The translations under genes and the position numbers were made by a program. This document shows positions 1 through 10,411 of a stretch of DNA of 20,000 nt, piece by piece. The notes under the pieces are model-generated. The model did not search any database. It was not told where the DNA came from and was given only the letters and a program-made list of their open reading frames with translations. Source of the DNA: Rhizaria sp. SCN 62-66 (lineage: Eukaryota); assembly GCA_001724265.1 (NCBI GenBank), contig MEDY01000005.1, positions 171,348 through 191,347 of the forward strand. Direction: 5' to 3'. The stretch's first letter is position 1. Every line of letters starts with the position of its first letter.

Positions 1-874
1 GCTGCGTCTGCACCAGCGGCGCCGCGCGCGCGACGAACCGCGCCAGCCGTGCGGCTGACGCCAGCGCGCGCGCGAGACCGGCGTCCGAGCCTGGGGCCGG
101 GCCCTGCGACGCGGCTGCCACGGCGGCCGCGGCCACGGCGGCGGCAAGCGCGGCGCTGCTCTCCGCGCCGCCACCAGACTGCTTGCTGCTGCTGGTACTC
201 AGGGACAACGCGGCGAACGCGTCGCTGCCGCCGTCGCCGTTGTCTGGGAAATCGGGGCCGACAGCGATCGAGTCGCAGTGCACGTGCTCAGTCTGGGAGC
301 CCGCCTCCGTGCCCGCCGTCTGCGTCCCCACGGACCGCGCGTGGCCGCCACGCGCGCCGCCCTGCTGTGGCGCCAGCGCGAGCAGCGTGCGGTGCGGCTC
401 CAGTGTCAGCCGCGGGCGCGCGCGCGGGGGCAGGCTCGCGAGGCTGGGGCGGGCGTCGTAGCTGCGCAGGTAGACCGAGTGTGCGGGGTCGCTGCCCTGA
501 CCCGCGGGGGAGTAGAAAGACACCAGCGTAGACACTGGCGCAGGGGCTGCGGGAGAGCGAGAGGAGACGGCGGGCTGCGGCGACGAGAAGACAGGGGAAG
601 CAGCGGCAGGAGCAGAGGCGAGAGAGGTCGGGTTGAAGGGAGTCGGCATCTGTTGTTGCTGCTGCTGTTGCTGTAACTGCATCTGCTGTTGTTGCTGCTG
701 GTACTGCTGATAGGAGACAGGCGCTGGTGCTGGCGCAGCCACTGGCTTCACTGCAGCAGTAGGGACGGCGGCAGAAGCCGGCGTGCTCTGCGGCTTGGCA
801 GCGGCGTCTGTGTTGGTCTCTGCTGTGTCGAAATCATCGTCATAGAACTCCTCTTCGTACTCGTCGTCCGACAT
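1..874 (-). CDS. 5' portion of a probable dynein-2 (IFT dynein) intermediate chain, WDR60/DYNC2I1-like; runs off the window start
   Basis: Frame is open from ATG at 874 to the window edge (absent from the ORF track because no stop is reached). Translation: MSDDEYEEEFYDDDFDTAE...polyQ...RPRLTLEPHRTLLALAPQ...SVGTQTAGTEAGSQTEHVHCD...RLARFVARAAPLVQ. The acidic YEDDF-like motif, TQT/SQT (LC8-binding-type) motifs and an 'RLxxFxxxA' helix occur in the order I recall for WDR60-type chains. WD40 repeats would lie outside the window. Confidence 0.5.
   Translation of the reverse strand, partial: MSDDEYEEEFYDDDFDTAETNTDAAAKPQSTPASAAVPTAAVKPVAAPAPAPVSYQQYQQQQQQMQLQQQQQQQQMPTPFNPTSLASAPAAASPVFSSPQPAVSSRSPAAPAPVSTLVSFYSPAGQGSDPAHSVYLRSYDARPSLASLPPRARPRLTLEPHRTLLALAPQQGGARGGHARSVGTQTAGTEAGSQTEHVHCDSIAVGPDFPDNGDGGSDAFAALSLSTSSSKQSGGGAESSAALAAAVAAAAVAAASQGPAPGSDAGLARALASAARLARFVARAAPLVQTQ
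651..700 (-). repeat. CAG/CAA trinucleotide tract encoding interrupted poly-Gln (QQQQQQMQLQQQQQQQQ)
   Basis: Plus strand shows mixed ctg/ttg runs, in frame with the 1-874 CDS. Confidence 0.85.
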
Positions 875-882
875 GAGCTTTG

Positions 883-1068
883 CTGAACAAAAGGTAAAAT
901 CAATGGAAAATTTAGGTTAGCATAAAATAACAATGAAAGACCGATGATACACATCACATTTCAAATCTTCATTCAAGCGGCCACGATCAGGACCAGGCAG
1001 CCGACAGGAAGAAAAGTGAACTGCACAAAGACGACCCATAAGTTACTGAGGCTTCTCGATAAACGTAC
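883..1068 (-). other. Putative 5'-UTR intron of the WDR60-like gene (186 nt)
   Basis: Minus strand has a GTACGT donor at 1068 and a pyrimidine-rich ...TTTTGTTCAG acceptor ending at 883, 8 nt before the ATG. Length and motifs match the coding introns in the window. Confidence 0.5.
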
Positions 1069-1237
1069 GTTCGTTCGTAAGTTGGCGAAGTAGAAATATA
1101 ACATGAATGATAAATCTCTATTTCTTTCAAATGATCCTATCAAAAAGGCCCTCGCTTCTCGAAACATATGATAATAACACATACTAGTAAGTACACACTC
1201 TTCTCAGTTACAGAACTTATCGCGTCGGTCGGTCGAC

Positions 1238-2152
1238 TCACTGGCTCATGGCCTGCACGAGCCCGTCGCGGAGCTGCGCGGCGCGGAGCCGGACCTCCTC
1301 GTCAACGCCTTCCTCCTGCGCGGCGACGGCGAGCAGCTCGACGACGCGCGGCAGCGCGCGCCCGTCGGCCCCCACCACGACGGGGTTCTGCGCGGCCACC
1401 TGCTCGCATAGCAGCTTGTACGTCCAGTCGGCCTCGGTGTAGTCGAGCTGCATCGGCAGCGCGGCAAGCCACAGCGCCGCGGCGTCTGCGCGCGAGAGCA
1501 GCACGGCGATGTTGCCCAGCGCGGCGGTGATGTTGTCGAGCGCGAAATGCAACATCTCCAGCTCGGGGTCGATGTCGCTGTTGAGGCCCAGCACGTCGTC
1601 GCCGTCGCCGTCGTCGCCCGCCGCGCCCGCCAGCCCAGCCGCGCCGCCATCGTCGTCGTCGTCATCATCGTCGTCGTCCTCATCGTCCTCGTCATCTCCG
1701 TTGCCACCGTCGCCACTGAAGGGGTGCACTGGACTGCCCGCCGCGCTGCCAGTGCCGGCCGTCGCGGCCGCGGTGTTGCGCGCGCCCGCAACAGTGAGCG
1801 CGTCGGCGCCGTAGGTGGCCTCAAGGAAGCCGCGCAACTGCTGCTGCGCGCGCACGAGCCCCTCGACCAGATGCCCCACGACACCGCCGCCGCCGTTGCT
1901 CCCGGCCGCGCCAGCCGCGGTCTGGGCCTCCTGCTCCAAGGCCAGGAGCACGCCCGCACAGTAGCGCACGGCCACGGCGACGAGGTACGCCGCGCGCTCG
2001 ACGACGGGCCCGCGCCCGTAGGCAGAGTCCTCGACGAGCCGCCCGTGCGCGACCGAGAGCACCGCGGGCAGCACCGAGGCCAGCGCCGCCGCGCCCGCGC
2101 CGTCCGAGACCACCACGATCGGCCCCGCAGCGGCCGCCGCGGCGGAGTCAGC

Positions 2153-2186
<34 letters not shown>

Positions 2187-5100
2187 GAGGACGGCGAGGT
2201 GTGGCCGGCGGCGGCGAGGTCGTGTGCGCCAATGTGCTCAATGAGCGTGTGCAGGAACATCAAGCTGAGCCGCCGCACCTCGGGGCGCGAGCGCTCGCCG
2301 CCGGCCCAGTCGAGCACCTTGTCCATGTAGGGCGCGGCGACGGTCAGCACGGCGCCGCCGAAGACGTTGCCCAGCTGCGACACGGCCTGCAGCGCGCTCT
2401 CAGCCACCGTCTCGTCGCCGCGGTTGCGCGCAGCCAGCGTCGCGTCGGTCATACGCGCCAGCTTCGCGCTGCCGATCGCGCCGGACGCGGCGCCGAGGAC
2501 GGAGGGGTCGGCGCCGAGCGCGGCGAGCGCGGCGGCCGTGGCGTCGGCGCTCACGCTCACGCCGCCACCGTTGCTGCGACCCTTGAGCCCCTTCTTGCCG
2601 CCCTTGACCCCGCCCGCAGCGGCGGTCTTGGCGGCCGCGGCCGCGGCGCGGCGCGCGCGCGCGACGGCGACGGCGAGCGTGCGGTCGTTGGCGACCGTGA
2701 TGCGGTTGTCGGCGCACTGCATGAGCGCCTCAACGAGCGTGGCCACGGCCTCGAGGCTGCCGAAGCCCGCGGCCACGGCGTCGGGCGTCGCGGCCTCACA
2801 GAGCAGGAAGACGGCGCCAATGATGACTTGCTCGGCCTCGTCGTCCTCCTCCTTGGCCAGCGCGGTGGTCAGCAGAGAGAGCGCCTCGGTGAAGATGGCG
2901 CGGTAATCACTCTCGGTCGCCGGCTCGGCCAGCCCCGGCAGCGTCGCGGCGAGGAACACACTGCGGACTAGATCCGGCAGCAGCACGGTGGCGGTGCGCG
3001 TGAGCCGGCCCGCGTCGCCCGCCGAGCCCGCCGTAGCGGCCGACTGCTCCAGGTAGAGCGCGCATACGGCCAGTGTGGCGCGCGCGTAAGGCGCGTAAAG
3101 CTCCTTAAGCTCGGTGCAGAACGTGCTCAGCATTGACAGCAGGTTCGCCTCCTCCTCGATCGCAGTCAGCGCCAGAGACGTCGCCTTGTGAGCCGCCAGC
3201 ACCGGGTTGTCGTCGTCGTCGTCAGCGCCAGCGCCGGCGCCGGCGCCCTCGCCGTCGCTGTCGCCGTCGTCGTCGTCGTCGTTGTCGGAGCCGGGGCCCG
3301 GCAGCGCGGCCTCGTTGACCTCGCCGTTCTCGTCGAACGTCACCTTCTTGAGGTTACGCGCGCCGCGGGCGGCCCCGGACCGGCGTGCACGGCGGCGGGC
3401 GGCGCGCGCCGCGCGCTCCAGCACCTGTGGCACGATGATGGGCAACAGCGGCGCAAACTCGGCGCCGACGACGGAGCACACACGCACCATCGCCATCAGC
3501 ATGAACTGCGCAGTCTCGTCGTCGTGGCTGCCCGCGCTCTTGGCGTTGCGCCGCCGCAGCGCAGACCCGCCGTCAGCGCCGGCTGCGCCCGCGCTGCTGT
3601 TGCTGTTGCTGTTGGCGGCCGTGGACGAGTGCAGCGAGAGGTAGTAGTGGACGAGGTCGGTGGCGTCAGGTGCGAAAAGCTCCTTGCCGACACTGGTGCC
3701 GATGAGCGTGATGGTCTCGATCGCGCGGCACCGCAGCAGCGAAGCCTGCGACGCGTCCTCCGCGCCGGTGCTGCCGTTGCTGCCGGCGTTGTTGTTGAGC
3801 AGCAGCGCCTTGAGGACGGGGATGACGGCGCTGTAGTAGGGCGCGAAGTCCTCCTGCAGCGCCGCCGCGACGGCGCCGACAATCGCCACGGCCTCGCGGC
3901 GCACCGCGTCCAGCGGGCTCGTCTGCACCACGGTCATCGCGCGCTGCAGAATGTCCTGCGCGGAGGGCGCGAGCACACCCGCCTGGCACTCGCCGAGGAA
4001 GGAATAGAGCGCCTCACAAGCGTGCAGCTGCACCTTGGGGTGGCGCGCGTCCTCGAGCGACGTCAGTAACGGCGGAAGCACGACGGCGTGCGCGGTCGCC
4101 TGGAAGCGCGGCGCCTTGGACTCGGCGAGCCCGCGGACGGCGTCGAGCGCGGCGCAGCGCACGCGCGGGTGCGCGTCGTCGAGCGCGAGCACGATGCGCT
4201 TGAGCGGGAACTGATCCAGCGTCGCGATGTTCTGCAGCGACACAAAGCCCACCAACGCGCAGAACCGCGCGCGCCAGTCGGGCGACTCGAGCAGCCCCGT
4301 GACGGTGGGCACGACGAGCTTGCGCACAGTCAGCGCCTTAGCGACGTGCGTGATGCGGTAGAAGGCGAACTGGCCGGCCGTGGTGTTGCCGTCGGCGTCG
4401 TCCTCGGCGACGGTGGTGTGCACACTCGTGCCCCACAGAGGGTTCTCGGGCAGGTCCATGATCATGTCGCACGACACTCCCAGCGCGGCCGACAGCAGCC
4501 CCTTGTGCTTGGTGGAGGCCAGCAGCTGAGGCGCGTGCACGATGACCGTGACCAGCAGCTCGAGCGCGAACTGCCGCAGGGCGGGCTCCAGCTGCGCGGC
4601 CGAAACCACGGCCTGCGTGGCCGCGGCCAGGGCCGAGGCGTGGGGCGTGAAGAGCGTGACGTCTTCGGGCGAGTCCGCGAGCTCGATCAGAACCTCGAAA
4701 ATCTTCCTGTGGAAAGCGAGCAGCAACACAAAATGTGGGATAAAATCGCAGTTTCGGGGTGAGATGCGAAAATATGTGCAAAAATGAACATTAAAAAACA
4801 ATATCTTAAGAAAATTGTACAATATCTCATCTCCACAACAAGTTCACTCTGAATACACTCCATTTGTAAAGTTAAGACATACCTGGCGGCCCGCGAGTCA
4901 CCTGCGGTGAGTGCGTTGGACAGCACGGAGAGGAAGAGCGGCACGAAGGGCTTGAGCGCGCGAGAGACCTCAGCGGGGAGGTCGCACGAGGCCAGCGCAC
5001 ACGAGGCGCGGACCGCGGCGACAGCGGCGGCGAGGTCGGGGGACGTGGACAGCGCTGCCGACAGCAGAGACAGCACTGGGTCGATGTGTAGCAGCAGCGA

Positions 5101-5670
5101 GTCGACGCACTTGTCGCACAGCGCCTCGATAAAGTACAGCGCAACGCGCAGCAGCAGGGCCGCGTTGGGCGCGCCGGTGCTTGAGGCAGACGCGCAGGAG
5201 AAGATGAAGGGGAACAGCTCGGGCCACTCGTCGCGGTACAGAGTCACTTCGGCGCAACGCACGACGGCGTTCTGACACGCCGTGACGAGGAACGGCGTCT
5301 GCTCCGTCAGCAGAAACTGCAGGAGCTCCGTCTTGAAGGCTGTGCGCGCGGGCAGAGAGAGGCGCGAGTAGAGGTCGACCTCGCCGCGCGCGATGTTCTG
5401 GTAAAAAAGCACGAGGATGAGGTTGCGGACCGAGGGGGAGATCTCGGTGTTGACACCCGCGATGGGCACGACGGGGCGCAGGAGCGCAAGCATGGTAAGT
5501 ACAACGCGCTCGGCCTCGTCCTCGAAGCCCGTCTCGACGGCCACGGTCGCTGCCTGGCGGTCTGCGTCCGAGGTGAATGGACTCAGGATGGACGACAGGA
5601 TGCCGTTCATCTGGCCGAGCTCCACGTCGGACACGGGGGCGAAGCCCGCGCTGGCGTCCTCGGCAGACAT
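1238..5670 (-). CDS. IPO5: Importin-5 / karyopherin-beta3 (Kap121/Pse1)-like HEAT-repeat nuclear import receptor, ~1418 aa; join(5670..4883,4706..1238)
   Basis: ORFs 4687-5793 and 1238-4822 join in frame via a GTATGT..CAG intron (4882-4707). Motifs match importin-5: LDDAHPRVRCAA, FQATAHAVVLPPLL..LED.RHPKVQLHACEAL, FAPYYSAVIPVLK, LLRCRAIETITLIGTSVGKELFAPDA, AMVRVCSVVGAEFAPLLP and C-terminal WLAALP..D..EA..TYKLLCEQV...NPVVVG. Confidence 0.88.
2156..2185 (-). repeat. Hexamer repeat (GCTGTT)x5 encoding Ser-Asn repeats in importin; a second (GCTGTT)x3 copy lies at 3596-3613
   Basis: Directly visible; translates to SNSNSNSNSNSSA and NSNSNSSA. Confidence 0.9.
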
Positions 5671-6274
5671 GACAGGGGGGAGAGAAGCAGGGAAAGCCTC
5701 GGGGAAGTTTGGCTGCGAAGCAAATTGGTTTGGGGGAGAGCGGGAGCGCGAAGCTGCGACGGAGAACGAGTAAGAGCGGAGCCAGGTGAGCACAAGAAAA
5801 CTGAGAATATAAGAGGCTCTTGATCGTCAACGCAAAATATGATTTTCTAAATAGGTTATATACTAGTGCTTGATCCGTGATGTTAAACGTATGTCCTACT
5901 GTGACAAGTCTAGATATCGCTTCACACCAGTTTGCGCAACGCTCTTTCGCAATAGTTGCACAGAGGGCTTGCTCTGCTGCTTGTGCGACTGTGTTGCGAC
6001 TGTGAGTTACGCTGTGTAACTCTGCAAAATCATTGCATAACTTCGCTCAGTTACTACAAAAGGATTAGATAATGCCTAATATAACAGTAAATATAGTCTT
6101 TGTATTCACTTTTCATACTTAACTGCATTAAAACATTCACATATCCTGACAAAACATCACTATTATACGTAGTAGTCACAGACCCAGGCCAACGTTCACA
6201 CTAACACACACAATCAAAGCCACTCTGCCCCACACTCTCAATCGCACACATTCACGGTCGCAGCCGGCTGGAGC

Positions 6275-7434
6275 TCACCAGGAGCGGCAGCACGAGTTGG
6301 CGGACTTGGCCTTCTTGGCAAAGGTCTTTGACGTGGCCGAGAGGTCTCCGGAGCGCTCCATCAGCGTCTCGAGCGTCTCGCCACTGCATGCAAAAGACAA
6401 AAGTTGGTATATATCGGCATAATCAAAACATGTAAGAGTGTGAGCACAAGGGTAAAGACTTCAATAACACATTCCAGATGAAGTTATAGTTATAAGTTGC
6501 TTTACTAAGATATACGCAGTCAAATAGTAGATATAGCGTACCGGGCCATGAGGTCCTGCATGGTGGTGTGGAGGACCTCCTTGATGTCGTCCAAGTCCTG
6601 CTGAATCTTGCAGATCTTGTCAGACTTGGGGTCCTGGTACAGCTCCAGGTCATCCTTCATAAACTGCGGCTCCACTTCCTGGTCCTTGGTCACCTTGGTC
6701 CACTTGTCCTGTGCACGCGCAAAGCAGGGCAAACACATAAACACAATCGCGAACAACAGCAACAAATGTTAAGTGAGAGATTGAATCACAATATTGCGTG
6801 ATGACAGCTTAGAACTTTGTTCCAAGATGTGAGAAATGTCAAATAATACGAAAAATTGCGTTTCAGTTTGATGAAGGTTGATATAGAAGAGCAGTTTTGA
6901 TGTAAGCAATAGATTGAGGGCGTACCTGGACCTTCTCATCGAACGTCTGCAGCGTCTTCGAGATGAGACCGAACGCGACGCGCTGCGGGTAGTCCTCGTC
7001 TGTGACAACAATGCCGGCCAGGCCGTCGTAGCGCACGTAGACGTGGATGATGAACGGCACATCCTTCATGCCAACCGACTGCCGCGCGCCCATCTGCGTG
7101 CGCTGAACAACGGTACGGATGCCGAAGATGATGCTCTCGCGCACGGTGCCGCGCGTGAAATAACTGTACAAGTAACAAAATCAAGATTTCCAAACAATAA
7201 AGTGAGTCTAATTTACTGTATCACCGCTTAATCGGGAGATGCAATTGATATGCTCAATCTAAGGTCTGATTAGTGAAAGTGGGCAAGGGGATAGCTTGTT
7301 GTCGTTGGCGGAGAGAAGCGAATGAGCGGCGGTACGTACCTGAAAAAGTCCATTTTCATCGCCTCAGCAAGCTTCATAGGCAGCTGGTCAGCACCGCAGT
7401 GCTTCCACACGGCCAGACAGCACATCTTGACCAT
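6275..7434 (-). CDS. YKT6: Ykt6 longin R-SNARE, 202 aa; join(7434..7340,7163..6926,6708..6542,6383..6275)
   Basis: Four exons joined by GTACG..CAG introns give 609 nt in frame: MVKMCCLAVWK...DFFSYFTRGTVRESIIF.IRTVVQRT..GARQSV...HVYVRYDGLAGIVVTDEDYPQRVAF...YQDPKSDKICKIQQDLDDIKEVLHTTMQDLMARGETLETLMERSGDLSATSKTFAKKAKSANSCCRSW*. It has a longin domain, an R-SNARE zero-layer Arg, no TM domain and a C-terminal di-cysteine. Confidence 0.95.
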
Positions 7435-8191
7435 GGTGACGAGAGAAGGAGGCGGGACGAGCGCGCAGAGGAAGCAAGTTTGGGCTGTGGGAGGAGTCTG
7501 ACTCGGAAGGTGCGGAAAGCTGCTATGCGGGGCAAAAAACGAAAATCGAAAATGAAATATGAGTAAAAGCGCTCTCGGTACTATCGGATAAGTGGTAATC
7601 AAAGCATCTGGTCGAAAATTAGTGTCCCTAAAGCAGCATCGAAACGAGCTTGATGCTGACAGTTTCAAGCTCTTCGCCACCACAGCTTGCAACTAACCTC
7701 TGCGACGTCGCCCAGCACGTTTGTGGTGAAACATAAAACCATGCAATACAACGCATATATCTGATTTCACTACACCTTGAAATGCATGATAGACTTCTGT
7801 ACAAAGTTGAACTAAAGCATGAAACTTATTAGAATTGTATTCCGTGTATCATAGTGACTATAAGAGTCCGCACGCTCGCGACCATAAACGTGTCACAGAC
7901 GTTCTTCTGCCAGTGCGATTGAGTTCATCGTTGTCGTTGTCACTGCTTTTCTAGTGTAACGGAGCTGCTGATGGTGTGCGAAAACCAATAACAGCATTAA
8001 AAAAATGAAAAATAATGGGTAATATGTAATCCTAAATTTTCCCTGCGGATTTGTCACAAACGTGATTGTTGCTTGCTTGAAAACGCACCGAGGGCTGTAC
8101 TGCTTAACAAGTTGATTCGAGCAAAAAAAAACAGTACTGAGTATAGAGTGGAAAAATATAAATAGAGCTGAAAAGAGAGCTGTTGACGGAC

Positions 8192-9878
8192 TTAGAGGCG
8201 GTGAAAGTCCATGTCGCTCTCGTTGTTGAGCTGGACCTGCTTCTCGAGCTCAAACAGCTTGCGCGCACTGCAAAGGGGAAACAAAAAAATGATGAAACAA
8301 AATAAAAGGAATTATGATCATGTCAGCCAAAGATTGAAGTATTAAAAACCACAAAATATGTTTTTGCGTGCGTCGTAATGCAACTCAATTGAAAACATCT
8401 TGGTCACGACAATGTCGTTACTCGCGGTACTATTGTTGCTGAGACGTACCGAGTGTGCCAGAGAAGGGCGCCGAGGTAGACTACCGCGGCAAAGGTGACC
8501 GAGGTGCTGTACATAGCGACGACGCGCTCGCGCACCCACGCGTCGAGCGCGATGGACAGAAACGAGACAAATGGTAGCGAAATGATGTAGACGGAGATGA
8601 AGAGCGAGAACACGATGAGAATGCCCTGCTTGTCCTTGTTGCGCTCAGTGCGGATCGTGTGCACGGCGGTGATGATGAACCACAGCGCAAAGACAAAGCC
8701 CAGTCCGATGACGACGTAGTTAAACACCTTGACGTCGGTGGGCAGCTCCGGCGCCGCAGGGTCCACGCCCAGGTAAAGCACGAACAGAGAGACGATTTGC
8801 AGCACGGCAAAGAGCACGGAGAAGCCGATGACGAGCCCGCGGTTGGGCAGCGAGGCGCGGGAGATGGTCCAGCCCGAGGCGATGAGGATGAGCACCATGA
8901 TGAAGACGACCCGAGTGGCGACGTCCAAAATATCACCGAGGAGCTCAATCAGCGGCGCGCCGTAGCCGTCGTAGGCGAGGGAGGTAAAGTGCGCCGTATG
9001 GAGCAGGTTGGCAATGAACTGCAGCGCGACGACGTAGAGGTTGAGCCGCATCAGCGGGTGCAGGAACGTGAGCGCGCGCGTCGACTTGACCGTGTTGTAG
9101 ATGGTCGCGGCCAGTAGCCCCACGGAGAGCAGGAGAAAGACAATATAAAAGGTGTTAAGGCCGTCGTTGTTGACGCCCAGCTCGCGCGACCACGAGTCGG
9201 CGTCGCGGTAAAAGTGCGCCTTGTATTCGATCGCGCCGTAGCCACGGCAGTTGATGATCACCAGGTAGTGGAAGCGGCGGCGCGTGCCACCGGGGATGGG
9301 CAGCGTGATGTGCGGACCGTTGGACATTGTGCCGTTGGTGTCAAAGCGCGCCGTAACGCCGTCCAGCAGCGGCTTCATTTCGCACGGCTGCGTGTGGTAA
9401 AACTCGGGGTAGTCGTTCTCGTGGTCACTCGGCGCAGTCACGAACACAGTCAGGTTGCCAGGGGAATACTTGTCCGCGGTGAGCGCGGTGAGCTCGATGT
9501 CAATCCAGCCAACCGTGTGGTGGCCCTCCGACACGGGCACGGGGTTCGCGTCGAAGGCGAACTTGCCGAGGAAGTCGTAGCCCTCGGAGTTGCTCGCGGT
9601 GCCCGTCTGTTGTGGGGTGGCGGTGAGAGGCATTTAATGAAGTGGATTTCGGTGTAAGTTGTTGAGATGACAAAAAAGATTGAGTTATTAGTATCTCTAG
9701 ATCAGATGTTGGTGATGGGAAAAGATTTTTTGTTGAAGGAACGATTAGAATGCAGAAGCGGGGGAAACGAGCAAAGGGAGGATATGCTGAAGAGGTGGGC
9801 TCGTACCATGATCTCGGAGAGGGCTCCGGTGAAGAGGATAGAAAGTGCCAAAAAGGCAACAAGAATAACAGAGCGCAT
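8192..9878 (-). CDS. GPR180/TMEM145-family (intimal thickness-related receptor / GOLD-7TM-like) membrane protein, 434 aa; join(9878..9807,9606..8450,8267..8192)
   Basis: Exon 1 encodes a signal peptide (MRSVILVAFLALSILFTGALSEIM). The lumenal domain contains YDFLGKFAF and RRRFHYLVIINC...IEYKAHF...WSRELGVN. About seven hydrophobic helices follow, with family motifs LHPL, H...LAYDGYG.P, LILIASGWTI and WVRERVV. Both introns are GTACG..CAG and the total of 1305 nt is in frame. Confidence 0.85.
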
Positions 9879-10249
9879 TCTTTTCGTAACACAAGTTTGT
9901 TCCCGGGTTGACGATCAGCTCTCAGAAGTCGGCTCTGAAAAGTTTGCCGCAGCTCTTGCGAGCCGGGGTGGTGCCAGCCCAGCTGCGGTGAGCTCGTCGA
10001 GCGATAGGTCAGTCGGAGCATTCCCCGTAGACTGCATTCCCGTCGTCAGCTCGAACTTTTGTTTGAATATCGTGATAAAAGCGCGATAAAATACTTGCGT
10101 TTATTTTTTCACGCTGCAGCATCTCCGTTACGCCTCTTCCAACCTCACACCCTCCACCCCACCAACCGTCCCCCTTTGATTGCATCTCATTCACCCCCGC
10201 CTGTCCTCTGCCTCTCCCCCCTGCGCGCATAGTTCCCACTCTTCCCATC

Positions 10250-10411
10250 ATGGCCGTCTCCACCACCGGTCCTTCCGTTGTCAAGCGCACGCAGATCCTC
10301 GCCGTCGTCATGGCCATCTACGTCGCCGTGCTCATCTCGCTCGGCGTCGCCACCTACTACATCCGTAACGCGCCCGCCTCCACCCCTATCCGCGACGCAG
10401 ACAAGTACTAA
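10250..10411 (+). CDS. 53-aa single-pass membrane microprotein of unknown function
   Basis: ATG 10250 to TAA 10411: MAVSTTGPSVVKRTQILAVVMAIYVAVLISLGVATYYIRNAPASTPIRDADKY*. Third positions are mostly C/G as in the confirmed genes, it has one ~22-residue hydrophobic helix flanked by KR and R, and it follows a pyrimidine-rich leader like those of neighbouring genes. It is below the ORF-track length cutoff. Confidence 0.75.
   Translation: MAVSTTGPSVVKRTQILAVVMAIYVAVLISLGVATYYIRNAPASTPIRDADKY

Noticed and set aside
4707..4822. N-terminus MYNFLKILFF... of the 1194-aa ORF, and similar AT-rich ends on other ORFs
   Set aside because: These are intron sequence read through by the ORF caller; GT..AG splicing restores continuous homology.
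49..5830. Many long overlapping ORFs on the plus strand and in alternative minus frames (e.g. 1547-2971, 3188-4069, 4970-5830)
   Set aside because: Shadow ORFs expected from very GC-rich coding DNA with few stops; translations are R/A/P/G-rich with no family motifs.
1..9878. Functional gene cluster for trafficking or cilia (dynein-2 IC, importin, Ykt6, 7TM)
   Set aside because: These are broad housekeeping categories; adjacency alone is not evidence without conserved synteny.
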